DNA from: a virus
Direction: 5' to 3' (one strand)
Length of the DNA: 64,000 nt
IMG/VR virus record: IMGVR_UViG_3300044946_000175
Location: 1 to 64,000 of that record
The translations under genes and the position numbers were made by a program. The notes below the pieces were generated by a model that saw nothing but the letters and a program-made list of their open reading frames with translations, made no database searches and was not told the origin of the DNA. Positions 20,307 through 28,764 of this stretch are shown in pieces. The first letter of the stretch is position 1; each line of letters opens with the position of its first letter.

Positions 20307-21125
20307 ATGCTCGACGTTGATTTTACACATCCGAACAATCGCTGGACATTAATCGGACCAGGAAGCAGAAAAGGATATGTGAAGGTTCAGTGTTCATGTC
20401 CAGACAAAACGATCAAGGAAATTTACGTCTATGACATCAATAAAGGCAAATCTCTTTCTTGTGGTTGTCTTCGTAAAGAAGTGATGAGTGAGACAAAAAG
20501 AACACACGGGATGTCGAAAACGGCAATCTACAATACTTGGTGTCTAATCATCAGAAGAACGGAAAACGAAGACGATCTCAGATGGGAGGATTACGGTGCT
20601 CGTGGAATTAAGATGTGTGCGAAGTGGCGAGAATCCTTTGAGGCATTTTATGCTGATATGGGAGATCCGCCGTCCGATGAGTATACCATTAATCGAATCG
20701 ATAATGATGGAAATTACGAACCGGGAAATTGTCATTGGGCAACTGATTCGGAGCAACAAAACAACAAACGTAACAACCGACTGATCGAATGGAATGGCCG
20801 CACTCAAACGATGGTTCAGTGGGAGCGTGAACTGGGTTTTCGGGAAGGCACGCTCAAGAATCGGCTCGATCAAAACAACTGGACTGTCGAGCGGGCGATG
20901 ACGACTCCGGTAAGGACAAAGAAGAAAATCACATACAATGGAAAGACGCAGGCCATCGATGAATGGGCTGAGGAGTACGGACTGACTCCCGCGATGCTGC
21001 GATCTCGGTTAAATCTAGGAATTCCATTCGAGACTGCTATAGCAACTCCTGCCTATCATTGGAAAGGCAGAGGAAATCCGATTCCGAGAGAAGCAGAAGA
21101 AGGCGAATCATGCCACAAGAAATGA
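20307..21125 (+). CDS. Free-standing HNH homing endonuclease with C-terminal DNA-binding repeats
   Basis: 'SCGC', 'YGARGIKMCAKW..SFEAFYADMG', 'TINRIDNDGNYEPGNCHWAT..EQQNNKR'; GGAG 8 nt before ATG 20307. Confidence 0.85.
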   Translation: MLDVDFTHPNNRWTLIGPGSRKGYVKVQCSCPDKTIKEIYVYDINKGKSLSCGCLRKEVMSETKRTHGMSKTAIYNTWCLIIRRTENEDDLRWEDYGARGIKMCAKWRESFEAFYADMGDPPSDEYTINRIDNDGNYEPGNCHWATDSEQQNNKRNNRLIEWNGRTQTMVQWERELGFREGTLKNRLDQNNWTVERAMTTPVRTKKKITYNGKTQAIDEWAEEYGLTPAMLRSRLNLGIPFETAIATPAYHWKGRGNPIPREAEEGESCHKK

Positions 21126-21442
21126 AAGGCCGAAGAATCCCCGTCGTCGATCCGATGGCCGATCCTTATGACTTGCTTAAAGAGCCGGGGGATTATTATG
21201 GACCGACGATGTTTTGTGGCTATTTGTCAGTTTGGTACATACTTCCAAATGCAAAAGATGATCCACGAGCAATCGGATTGCATCACTGCAAGATCGACCC
21301 TCCGCAGTTTCATTCGTTGATTGAAGAGTCGGATGGAACTCTGACCCTTCGAAATTCCATCGGAGCAGGCCCACCTAACTACTACTGGCATGGATTTTTG
21401 AATCAGGGTGATTGGATGCTGACACAGAGGGATAAAAAGTGA
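21110..21442 (+). CDS. Hypothetical protein (DUF6527-like motif)
   Basis: 'DGTLTLRNSI....YWHGFLNQGDW' C-terminal motif. Confidence 0.45.
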   Translation: MPQEMKGRRIPVVDPMADPYDLLKEPGDYYGPTMFCGYLSVWYILPNAKDDPRAIGLHHCKIDPPQFHSLIEESDGTLTLRNSIGAGPPNYYWHGFLNQGDWMLTQRDKK

Positions 21443-22287
21443 ACATCGATCAAGCACGAGACGGCGGATCGAGTATCGCGGATGAGCCGCCAGCGGAGCC
21501 GTACGTCCCGAACGAAGAGGCCACTACACTCTTGCGGAAGTACGCCGCCAATCCAACGTTTTATCGAATCAATAAGTACGCCGCGTCCACCCGTGTTGAC
21601 AGGCTGACTGAAACGCAAAAGCAGTTCGTGCCAGAGACTACTCGGTACATGTACTACTTCGGTCTTCCGCGAGTCAATAAAAGTGACATTGCCGTGGCTG
21701 AGTACGCCGCGATGCAGGTCGCAAAAGCAATGACAGCGCGGACCATGTTTGCCGTGGATACGCTAAGTTGCCGGTCGCTGTGGGGAAGTGCGGCAAGGTA
21801 CAAGTTTCCAAAGACAAAAGAGGAATGGGAATTCTTTTTGGAGGTGTGGGCAGGTCGAAATAAGTCGCTAGACCGCGAGAACTTCGTGTTGGTGATGAAT
21901 CCCACTCGGGCGAGCGATTGGGCGCAGTCCAAAGAAGTAGTCGAATGGCTCAATAGTGGTGTCGGTCAACGCATGGCAGATGTAATGGATCAGAGAAATC
22001 CGAACCGCAAGTATGGGCTTCACTCGCGACCATTCGGTATCAAGACGGTTGTCGAGAATGCAATTAAGGTCGATCTCGAAATCGAACCCAAACGCCAATA
22101 CGTCTGGCCGAGAGAACTCTGCTGCGTGCTTTACGTTCCGCACGAGCATGGTGATCCGTTCGACGCCACACTTCGGATGAGCATGGAAGAAGAAATGACA
22201 GTTGAGCAGAAGAGCGACAGAGGCAGAGTTGTTGAGGACTACTCGTTCATCGCTCCGAATTCCAGGACTGGTTGTTTGTTAGTGTGA
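21439..22287 (+). CDS. Internally deleted paralog of the major capsid protein
   Basis: Collinear with 18651-20189: EAT.LL.KY..NPTF.RIN.Y, TTRY, VAE.AAMQ.AKAMT.RT, MNP, DQRNPNRKYGL, ENAI.V, Y.WP, GRVVEDY. Confidence 0.9.
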   Translation: MNIDQARDGGSSIADEPPAEPYVPNEEATTLLRKYAANPTFYRINKYAASTRVDRLTETQKQFVPETTRYMYYFGLPRVNKSDIAVAEYAAMQVAKAMTARTMFAVDTLSCRSLWGSAARYKFPKTKEEWEFFLEVWAGRNKSLDRENFVLVMNPTRASDWAQSKEVVEWLNSGVGQRMADVMDQRNPNRKYGLHSRPFGIKTVVENAIKVDLEIEPKRQYVWPRELCCVLYVPHEHGDPFDATLRMSMEEEMTVEQKSDRGRVVEDYSFIAPNSRTGCLLV

Positions 22288-22322
22288 AAGACAAAACAAG
22301 AAATCCAAACTAAGGAGAATTT

Positions 22323-22610
22323 ATGTCTGAGGAACCAACCAGAACGAAGATCGTGATTTTTAACTATCCTGCTGGTAACGAGTTGGCCAAAAAACAGCAG
22401 ACAGAAAATGCTGCGATGCTCGTCGATTGCATGACCATCGCGTGCCCTCGCGATCCGCAGGGAAACTGGCCAGCGGTTGAGGAGGTTGTTGCAATAGAGA
22501 TCAGCGACATTCGATTGACGGCGGCAATCGAAGTGTTGAAACTTGGTAAGGCAGAGGAGAGGTTGCGAAAAGAAGCCCTTGACGTGGTTGTGGGGTATTT
22601 GAAAGGCTGA
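22323..22610 (+). CDS. Small protein carrying a fragment of the portal protein
   Basis: IFNYPAGNELAKKQQTENA...CPRDPQGNWPAVE vs portal VFNYPAGNEAARLQQIANA...CPRNPQGNWPAIE; AAGGAG RBS. Confidence 0.85.
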   Translation: MSEEPTRTKIVIFNYPAGNELAKKQQTENAAMLVDCMTIACPRDPQGNWPAVEEVVAIEISDIRLTAAIEVLKLGKAEERLRKEALDVVVGYLKG

Positions 22611-22621
22611 AAAGATAAATC

Positions 22622-22783
22622 ATGACCAGAAATCCCAAATATGCTGCTGTTTTAGCGATTCTTCAGCTTGTCTTGGGGATTTATTTGCTGGACGCAGGAA
22701 AGACTTTGTTGGGAGGTTTTACGATGTGGTGCTGCGGAGTGAACACAGTGCTTATGATTAATACACAACCAAAAACGACGTAG
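22622..22783 (+). CDS. Small membrane protein (53 aa, below the ORF-track cutoff)
   Basis: MTRNPKYAAVLAILQLVLGIYLL...; stop codon abuts the next ATG. Confidence 0.5.
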   Translation: MTRNPKYAAVLAILQLVLGIYLLDAGKTLLGGFTMWCCGVNTVLMINTQPKTT

Positions 22784-23155
22784 ATGTTGTATCTTTTTAC
22801 CACCGCTGCCGAACTTGCCAAGTCGCGTTCACGCCCGACTGTGGGCATTATGATCCATCTCGACACGGGCAAGAAATATTTCTTTCCCTCTCCCACGACA
22901 GTCATTCAAGGACAGCCGGTTCCTGCATTTCTTGGGGGGATTTTAGCCGAGCAAGCACTGGGTCGCGAACTGATCGAACTGCCGAGCACGAAGATCGAAT
23001 ATGGTTTAAATGAGAAGGGTACTTGGACCTGTCTGAAGGTGCTGAAACATGCTATAACAGAAGAAGCACCGGCGGATCAGTCCGTGCCGGTATCGCCGAA
23101 AGAGCCCACTCCGGACGATTATGCTGCCGTGGCGGTGATAGGAAAAGACGGATGA
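22784..23155 (+). CDS. Hypothetical protein
   Basis: Translationally coupled on both sides. Confidence 0.6.
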   Translation: MLYLFTTAAELAKSRSRPTVGIMIHLDTGKKYFFPSPTTVIQGQPVPAFLGGILAEQALGRELIELPSTKIEYGLNEKGTWTCLKVLKHAITEEAPADQSVPVSPKEPTPDDYAAVAVIGKDG

Positions 23156-23673
23156 TTACCTACGAAGAATTTGAGCAATTGGTGACGAACGCTCAGCGCG
23201 CCCTGGACCAATTGAAGGAAGGTTTGGTGCAGTACAAGCCGCCACGTCCGACTGGCCCCTGCGCCGAAATCACCATTGACGAGAAACAACACGTATTTTT
23301 TGTCGAGTTCACGGATAATAAAGGGCCGTTTCTGAGACAGACATACGAAGGTGATTTTGCTTCTCCAGATCCTCCACTTCAGCCAGTCATGCAGACGATC
23401 ATGACTTCTGCTTTGATCTGGATAGAAAAACAATGTCCAGGAATCATGGAGGATAATGTCAGCGTGGTCTTGACGCAGAGACAGGCCAGATTGTATGGAC
23501 GATCCTTTGAAAATAAGGCACATATCAAAGGCGCACCGGATGCTTTGACTGCTGTTTGCGAGCAGAGGAATCCTCATCGGCGGTACTCGCTCTGTCCATT
23601 CCTTTACGGAATTCGGTTGCGGATCGAGAATCGGAAAGAAGAAGATCTTGTGGTATTGCAGGAGGTGGGATGA
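23152..23673 (+). CDS. Protein whose C-terminal half is a fragment of the MCP (putative A-domain)
   Basis: HIKGAPDALTAVCEQRNPHRRYSLCPFLYGIRLRIEN vs MCP YIKGSPDALAAITDQRNPNRKYGLAPFIYGLRLVIEN. Confidence 0.85.
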   Translation: MITYEEFEQLVTNAQRALDQLKEGLVQYKPPRPTGPCAEITIDEKQHVFFVEFTDNKGPFLRQTYEGDFASPDPPLQPVMQTIMTSALIWIEKQCPGIMEDNVSVVLTQRQARLYGRSFENKAHIKGAPDALTAVCEQRNPHRRYSLCPFLYGIRLRIENRKEEDLVVLQEVG

Positions 23674-24266
23674 TGTCGATACCCCAAACATCCAACTCCA
23701 GTCTCGTACCGTATGTTTCGGCGATCCAGACATTCGGTTTCTTCTCGCAAAAAGTCATAGCTGATATGCTGAAGGCAAACACTGATTCGCCTCGTCCTTC
23801 TTATCTAGCGTGTATTGATCCGAACAACTACTTTGGTCGGAAATGGTTGCAGCACATTGGATTCGGTGCCGGAGAAATTGAATCAGCGGTTGTCGTGGCT
23901 TCTCGGTACACACCAGCCGATCTTATGAATTTGACCGGCGTGAGCCAGATTCTACTTCAAGGCTTGAACGCAGCCAGGGCGCTATGGTCTGCCTACAAAA
24001 TTTTGAAACCTGGTACGGCTCGTCCTGAAGAATGTCCTGCTGCTCGTGAAAGTTTTGAGATGCTTACGCAGTTGAGAGATGGCGAAAAACTATTTAGCTT
24101 CCAAGAATCGGAAAAAGCAGGACTTGTTGCCGTGATTCCGCCTAATCCTTATGCCCTCGCGCCAGGGCAGTCTACAATTGTCCCTCGCCTGGTACGTCTC
24201 TTTCCCACATATGGTATCAATTCATTACTGAATCGTGGTGGTTACAATCGTGGCGGTGACTGCTAG
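23670..24266 (+). CDS. Head-tail adaptor (Mu gp36/DUF1320-like)
   Basis: 'GEIESAVVVASRYTPADL', 'SFEMLTQLRDGEKL'; GGAGG RBS; position after the capsid genes. Confidence 0.65.
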   Translation: MMSIPQTSNSSLVPYVSAIQTFGFFSQKVIADMLKANTDSPRPSYLACIDPNNYFGRKWLQHIGFGAGEIESAVVVASRYTPADLMNLTGVSQILLQGLNAARALWSAYKILKPGTARPEECPAARESFEMLTQLRDGEKLFSFQESEKAGLVAVIPPNPYALAPGQSTIVPRLVRLFPTYGINSLLNRGGYNRGGDC

Positions 24267-24850
24267 ATATGCGTCCAGATTTTTCTTTTAAGTATGTTGC
24301 AGATTAAAGCCGGACTCACGTTGTAATGTTCGGCTATCTGGCGTTGTGATACGAATTCACCAGCAGCATAGCAACGGCGGATTTCAAGGACGATGCTTTC
24401 GTCCAAAACAGCCATGTTGTTCTTGGCTCCGTTCTGATCTCGGTTATGTCCGTGAGACACACGATCATCGATGTTTTCTTGTTTAGTTCCCCAACGAAGA
24501 TTCTCGACTCGATTATTTTTGGCATCACCGTTCAGATGGCGACATTCCATGCTTTCTGGACGGGGACCAACAAAAGCAAATAAAACAAGATGATGGACTG
24601 AATATCGTTTGTGTTTTTTGTTTGGTCCGCATAAAGTCACACGGCAATGTCCATATGTGCTGCTTGGATCGGTAAGCAAATCGGACCAGTTATTATTGAG
24701 CAAGTTAGGGTTCGTAGTTCGGCGAGTTTGCACACTTCCATCATCTCCAACCCGATACCCCGAATAGCCCAGAAAATCCAGCGTCCGATAGCAAACGTCG
24801 GAAATTTCGTCGTAAAAGAACTGGTGGCTGGTAGAATTGACATCGAACAT
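24263..24850 (-). CDS. HNH homing endonuclease (NUMOD4/HNH_3-like with C-terminal HTH)
   Basis: 'GYRVGDDGSV', 'VHHLVLFAFVGPRP..MECRHLNGD..NNRVENLRWGT..EN'. Confidence 0.9.
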   Translation of the reverse strand: MFDVNSTSHQFFYDEISDVCYRTLDFLGYSGYRVGDDGSVQTRRTTNPNLLNNNWSDLLTDPSSTYGHCRVTLCGPNKKHKRYSVHHLVLFAFVGPRPESMECRHLNGDAKNNRVENLRWGTKQENIDDRVSHGHNRDQNGAKNNMAVLDESIVLEIRRCYAAGEFVSQRQIAEHYNVSPALICNILKRKIWTHI

Positions 24851-24977
24851 GGCCGTTTGCTCCTTTTAAGCAAGTGGTCGTGGCGGGTGGGAAGTGTCCA
24901 CTTCACTTCCTACCCGTTAGTTTATAAAACATGCTCTGTCAGACCAACGATTTGAACCTCTTTTTCAGGGGTTTTCC

Positions 24978-25595
24978 ATGACCGAACTCATCGACCGGCG
25001 AAAAGCAATCCAGGCAGTAGCATCTTCTGCTGTCGCTGCACTGATTCCCGTTTCAGAGTCCACTTCGGCTCAGTCCGAACCTCCGCACGTCGCGCCGGGT
25101 GAGTGCATTACCGCTTCTGTTGTCGTGACCGTGGTCGACAAGTGGGAGAAGAACAAAACCTCTCAGTTTCCGAATGGCTTTATCATTCCATCGGCAGTGA
25201 TTCGAAAAGCTCTGGATGACAAGCTCTTTGGTTCGGTCTGCATTCGCGCATCGAACCACATCAATGTAAAGAATGAATGCGATGCAGAGATTGTCGGTCA
25301 TGTCGCGGGTTGGCGATTTGTCGAATTTTTCGTCGGTTCGGATGGGAGCATTGTGCCGCTCAAAAACAAATGTCTTGTGGCTGACATCATCGTGCAAGCC
25401 AAGGCATTTATCGGCAAAGCCGTTCGCCTGTCCAGTTTCGATGTTTATGGTCCGGATGGTGTCTGCACGGAGATTCGCGGCGTGGACTGCGTGTTCTTGA
25501 CTGACAATCCGTGCTGGCCGGACGAAAAGATTCCTGAAGGCAAGTATGTCAATATTGGTGTGTGCAATGAAGGGGTTGACGTGCCACTCAAATAG
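24978..25595 (+). CDS. Divergent prohead-protease-like protein with a Tat-like N-terminus
   Basis: IDRRKAIQAVASSAVAAL; NH..IVGHV..CLVADII..RLSSFDVY..VFLTDNP parallels GH..LAGFY..AIVADEL..YRSSEYY..ALLARDP of 15504-18002. Confidence 0.5.
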   Translation: MTELIDRRKAIQAVASSAVAALIPVSESTSAQSEPPHVAPGECITASVVVTVVDKWEKNKTSQFPNGFIIPSAVIRKALDDKLFGSVCIRASNHINVKNECDAEIVGHVAGWRFVEFFVGSDGSIVPLKNKCLVADIIVQAKAFIGKAVRLSSFDVYGPDGVCTEIRGVDCVFLTDNPCWPDEKIPEGKYVNIGVCNEGVDVPLK

Positions 25596-25604
25596 AGGAA
25601 AGTC

Positions 25605-26153
25605 ATGCCAGCCGTAGAAACATTCCAATATCATGTTAATGGTCCCTGCATCCCACAATCACAGGTTGGGTCTGGGGGTGCATACGCCGCTCTGGGTGTC
25701 TGTGAAGAGGGCGTGGACATTGCTCTTCAGCAAGCGGTCCACGACATCAAGCACGATGGCGCTGGCGGACAGGACGGCTTTGAAGCAGAGAACATCATTC
25801 TCAACTCTGCCGTCACCGCAAGATTCTCGCTCGTGCCTTATGGTGGTGCCCTCATCAACACTCTGCGGGGATTCGCGCAGGGTCAGCCGTTCGACCTGCC
25901 GGACGGCATCATACCGCAGCCGGGTACTCTGTTCGGACTCAATAACCTCCTGCCGGGTTTGTACATCCCTACTTTCTTCGATTCTGACGGTCCTTGGACA
26001 TTTCTGAATTGTCGTGTGGTGAATCCAGGTAGCAATCGCGTATCGACCAAGGAATCCCGCCCGCAGTTTGAGTTTCGTAACTTCAATTACGTCGATCCGT
26101 CGATTGCTGCGACCATTCTCGGGAACGTTCTGTACAAGAGGGCCTCACCGTAG
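25605..26153 (+). CDS. Tail tube / major tail protein
   Basis: 'LGVCEEGVDI....HDIKHDG.GG'; beta-rich 182 aa; upstream of the frameshifting chaperone. Confidence 0.65.
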   Translation: MPAVETFQYHVNGPCIPQSQVGSGGAYAALGVCEEGVDIALQQAVHDIKHDGAGGQDGFEAENIILNSAVTARFSLVPYGGALINTLRGFAQGQPFDLPDGIIPQPGTLFGLNNLLPGLYIPTFFDSDGPWTFLNCRVVNPGSNRVSTKESRPQFEFRNFNYVDPSIAATILGNVLYKRASP

Positions 26154-26159
26154 ACTGAT

Positions 26160-27340
26160 GTTTATGCTAGAGGATAGCAGGTAAAATATCTTTGCAACTA
26201 AACGCTAGGTAGATGCTAAAACGTCTGTTGTTTTTGGGGCTGGTTTACGAACAGCCCAAGCACTCAAATTGAGCGCGGCGTTGAGATCGGCATTCACGGA
26301 GAGTCCGCAATGCATGCAGACAAACTCAGACTGATTCTTGCGATTTGTCTTTTCGCAGTGTCCACACTTGGAGCAGGCGCGGCTGCTGTTTCGTGGATCG
26401 ACGGCAACGACAGGCACGCCTGCCAGTCGAGCTTTGTACTCCACGAAAGTTCTGAGTTGTGCGAATGCCCAATTACCGAAACGACGACGAAATCTTCGGC
26501 CAACCGTATCCTCGATTCGGTTTCGGATTCCCTTGAGGTCTTCAAGAGCGATTCCCAATCGAAGTGTCTTTGCCTTTTCGACCAGTCGCTTGCTAATGTT
26601 ATGGTTTGTCCATGTTTGAAATCGACGCTGACGACCGGACATGGACTTCAACCGACGTTTTGCATTCTTGGTTCCTTTTCGTTGGTATTGTTTGCGAGCA
26701 GTCATCCGACGTTTGCGGTTTCGTTCGACACAAGTACCAGAGAATTGCTCTCCGGTGGAATCGGTGGCAATATTAGCAATTCCGAGATCGACTCCCAAGA
26801 AGTTTTTAATTTCCAATATTGGATCTTCGGGAATGTCGCATGTGGCAAACAAGAAGAATTTTCCATCTCGATAAACCAGATCTACTTGTCCTTTAAGGCG
26901 GGCAAGATTGGCTTTTTGATAATCACCGAAAATGTAAGGAACGAGAATGCGGCCATTCAAAGTCAAAATCGAAACTTTGTCGCATCCCTTCCACGACAGA
27001 ATTCGCTCATCGTATGTTATTCCTCCGGTAGATTTAAAAATTGGACAAATAGATCTGTCTCGCTTAAAACACTCAGCGGCTTTACCAATGGCACGAATAG
27101 CCATCTGAGCCGACAAGCCGAACCGCTCACGAAGTTCTCGGTAGCAGAGTTTTTGAATCGATGGAGCAGAAAACAAGCCAGCGTCGAATCCTGCTTTTGC
27201 GGCAAACGATGCAGCGGCATTGCATGCTCTCAATGTAACGAGCAAAAAAGAGGCCTGTTCGTCAGTAGGCAGCAGTCGAACTTGAACGGTTAGTTTCATG
27301 ATTGTATTATAGGGAGTGCCGGACTCCCTAACAATATCGA
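26160..27340 (-). mobile_element. Solo-TnpB (IS1341-like) element without tnpA
   Basis: Subterminal hairpin tagggagt-gccgg-actcccta at 27310-27330; antisense insertion in the tail operon; right boundary uncertain. Confidence 0.65.
26205..27299 (-). CDS. tnpB: TnpB RNA-guided endonuclease (IS200/IS605 family)
   Basis: RuvC motifs GVDLG, IALEDL, NADLNAA intact; zinc ribbon CSKC..CMHC; 'VDPRNSSR'. Confidence 0.95.
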   Translation of the reverse strand: MKLTVQVRLLPTDEQASFLLVTLRACNAAASFAAKAGFDAGLFSAPSIQKLCYRELRERFGLSAQMAIRAIGKAAECFKRDRSICPIFKSTGGITYDERILSWKGCDKVSILTLNGRILVPYIFGDYQKANLARLKGQVDLVYRDGKFFLFATCDIPEDPILEIKNFLGVDLGIANIATDSTGEQFSGTCVERNRKRRMTARKQYQRKGTKNAKRRLKSMSGRQRRFQTWTNHNISKRLVEKAKTLRLGIALEDLKGIRNRIEDTVGRRFRRRFGNWAFAQLRTFVEYKARLAGVPVVAVDPRNSSRACSKCGHCEKTNRKNQSEFVCMHCGLSVNADLNAALNLSAWAVRKPAPKTTDVLAST

Positions 27341-27364
27341 TTATGCCGATTTTGGGAGTTCACC

Positions 27365-28108
27365 GTGATAATCGTCCACATCACCAAACCGAGTGGAGTT
27401 GCTTTTGAAATCACATTCAAGGACGGCACGCCGGAACCGAAGATCCTGGCTAGTATCACCAAGAATCGGCAGATGTACGGGCGCGTCGGGACGATCAAGA
27501 GGACCGATCCGACTTTTGGCAGGGAAACCGAATACGATGATCCGAACGCCCCGTGGGCACTGGATCATCCCGAGACATGCATTGATATCGGTATGGAAGG
27601 TCCAGGACGCACGTTTGTTGTCACCAAGAGACTCAAAGGTCCGCCGCTGAAGAAGCTGGAAGCGACGAAAGACGCACCTCTACCATCTCCACCAACAGAA
27701 GCGCCGAAAACAACGTCGCCGGAACCGACTACGTTAAGATAAAAAAGCAAAATAAAAATGGATGCAACTCAAGAACAGCTTCGATATCCATATGTTCCAA
27801 AAAAATGTCTTGGCGGTCCTATTGAATTCTGCTTAAAAACAGGCAATCCGAAACTTCGTTATTTGTTTTTTGATATGGATGAAGCATCCCACTTAAAACA
27901 ACCTGTAGATGAGTGGCCGTGTGCTCTCGATGGCGAACCGCATACGCCGGGATCGGTGACGGAACGTGGAATAGTTCCCGACAATGAGCGAAATCGCACA
28001 CGTTATCAGACCCTACTGCGAAAATTCTTCGATTCGAAAATTGAGGCAACTTTACAAGTAGTCCTCACTGAAATTCGAGCAGTAAAGAAGCATCTAGGTA
28101 TTGATTGA
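27365..28108 (+). other. Two hypothetical CDSs (27365-27742, 27758-28108)
   Basis: Co-oriented ORFs in the tail region. Confidence 0.55.
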
Positions 28109-28222
28109 AAGGCAAAATAATGGATTTTCTTTTCATAATTCTTGCACTTGCCTTTCCATCCATGCTCTACTGGATCGGAGTGGAGTTCAGACAAGTCATA
28201 TCAATTTTTCGAAAGTACTAAA

Positions 28223-28714
28223 ATGCGCCTCTGGACTTGGCTCAAGGAAAAGTGGACCGGTCAACGTCTGCATCAGAACATCTTTCACTTTCTGGACGGG
28301 GCCGGAAAGCGTTCGGCTGATCCCGCCGTCGTGGAATCCATCCTGGCCGATAAACTAGGGGATGAGTGGCGGGACGAGTTCTTTTCGTTCTTTCGTCCCG
28401 ATCCGTTCGGGGTGATCGGAGAAGAGGCTGACAGGCATCGCGAGCAAAAGAACGAGAAGCGCCGGAAGATCCTGGATACCATCTGCGAAGCGTTTCGAGT
28501 GGATGAATTCGACGATCAAGACCCTCACAGCATGACGCGAGAAGCTCTGGACGGACTTCTGATGGGTTTCATCATGTACTGCGACGATCTGATTGCGAAC
28601 GCCCGCCCTTTTGGGAAGCCTCAATCGCGGGCCTCCCCTGGGGCCGACAGCCCACCTACGTCGAGTGGTGCGGATGCTTCCTCAACCGAAGACACATTAA
28701 AAATGACCGGCTGA
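28223..28714 (+). CDS. Tail assembly chaperone (gpG-like) with a -1 frameshift extension to 28761
   Basis: In-frame slippery C CCT TTT at 28606-28612; -1 frame open to TAG 28759-28761, 3 nt before the next gene. Confidence 0.75.
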   Translation: MRLWTWLKEKWTGQRLHQNIFHFLDGAGKRSADPAVVESILADKLGDEWRDEFFSFFRPDPFGVIGEEADRHREQKNEKRRKILDTICEAFRVDEFDDQDPHSMTREALDGLLMGFIMYCDDLIANARPFGKPQSRASPGADSPPTSSGADASSTEDTLKMTG

Positions 28715-28764
28715 CAGAGTTCGTATCGGCTATATCAAAAGCCCTCAAACGCGCAGGTTAGCTA

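Noticed and set aside
26310-27293. 327-aa + strand ORF with an apparent signal peptide
   Set aside because: Antisense shadow of tnpB.
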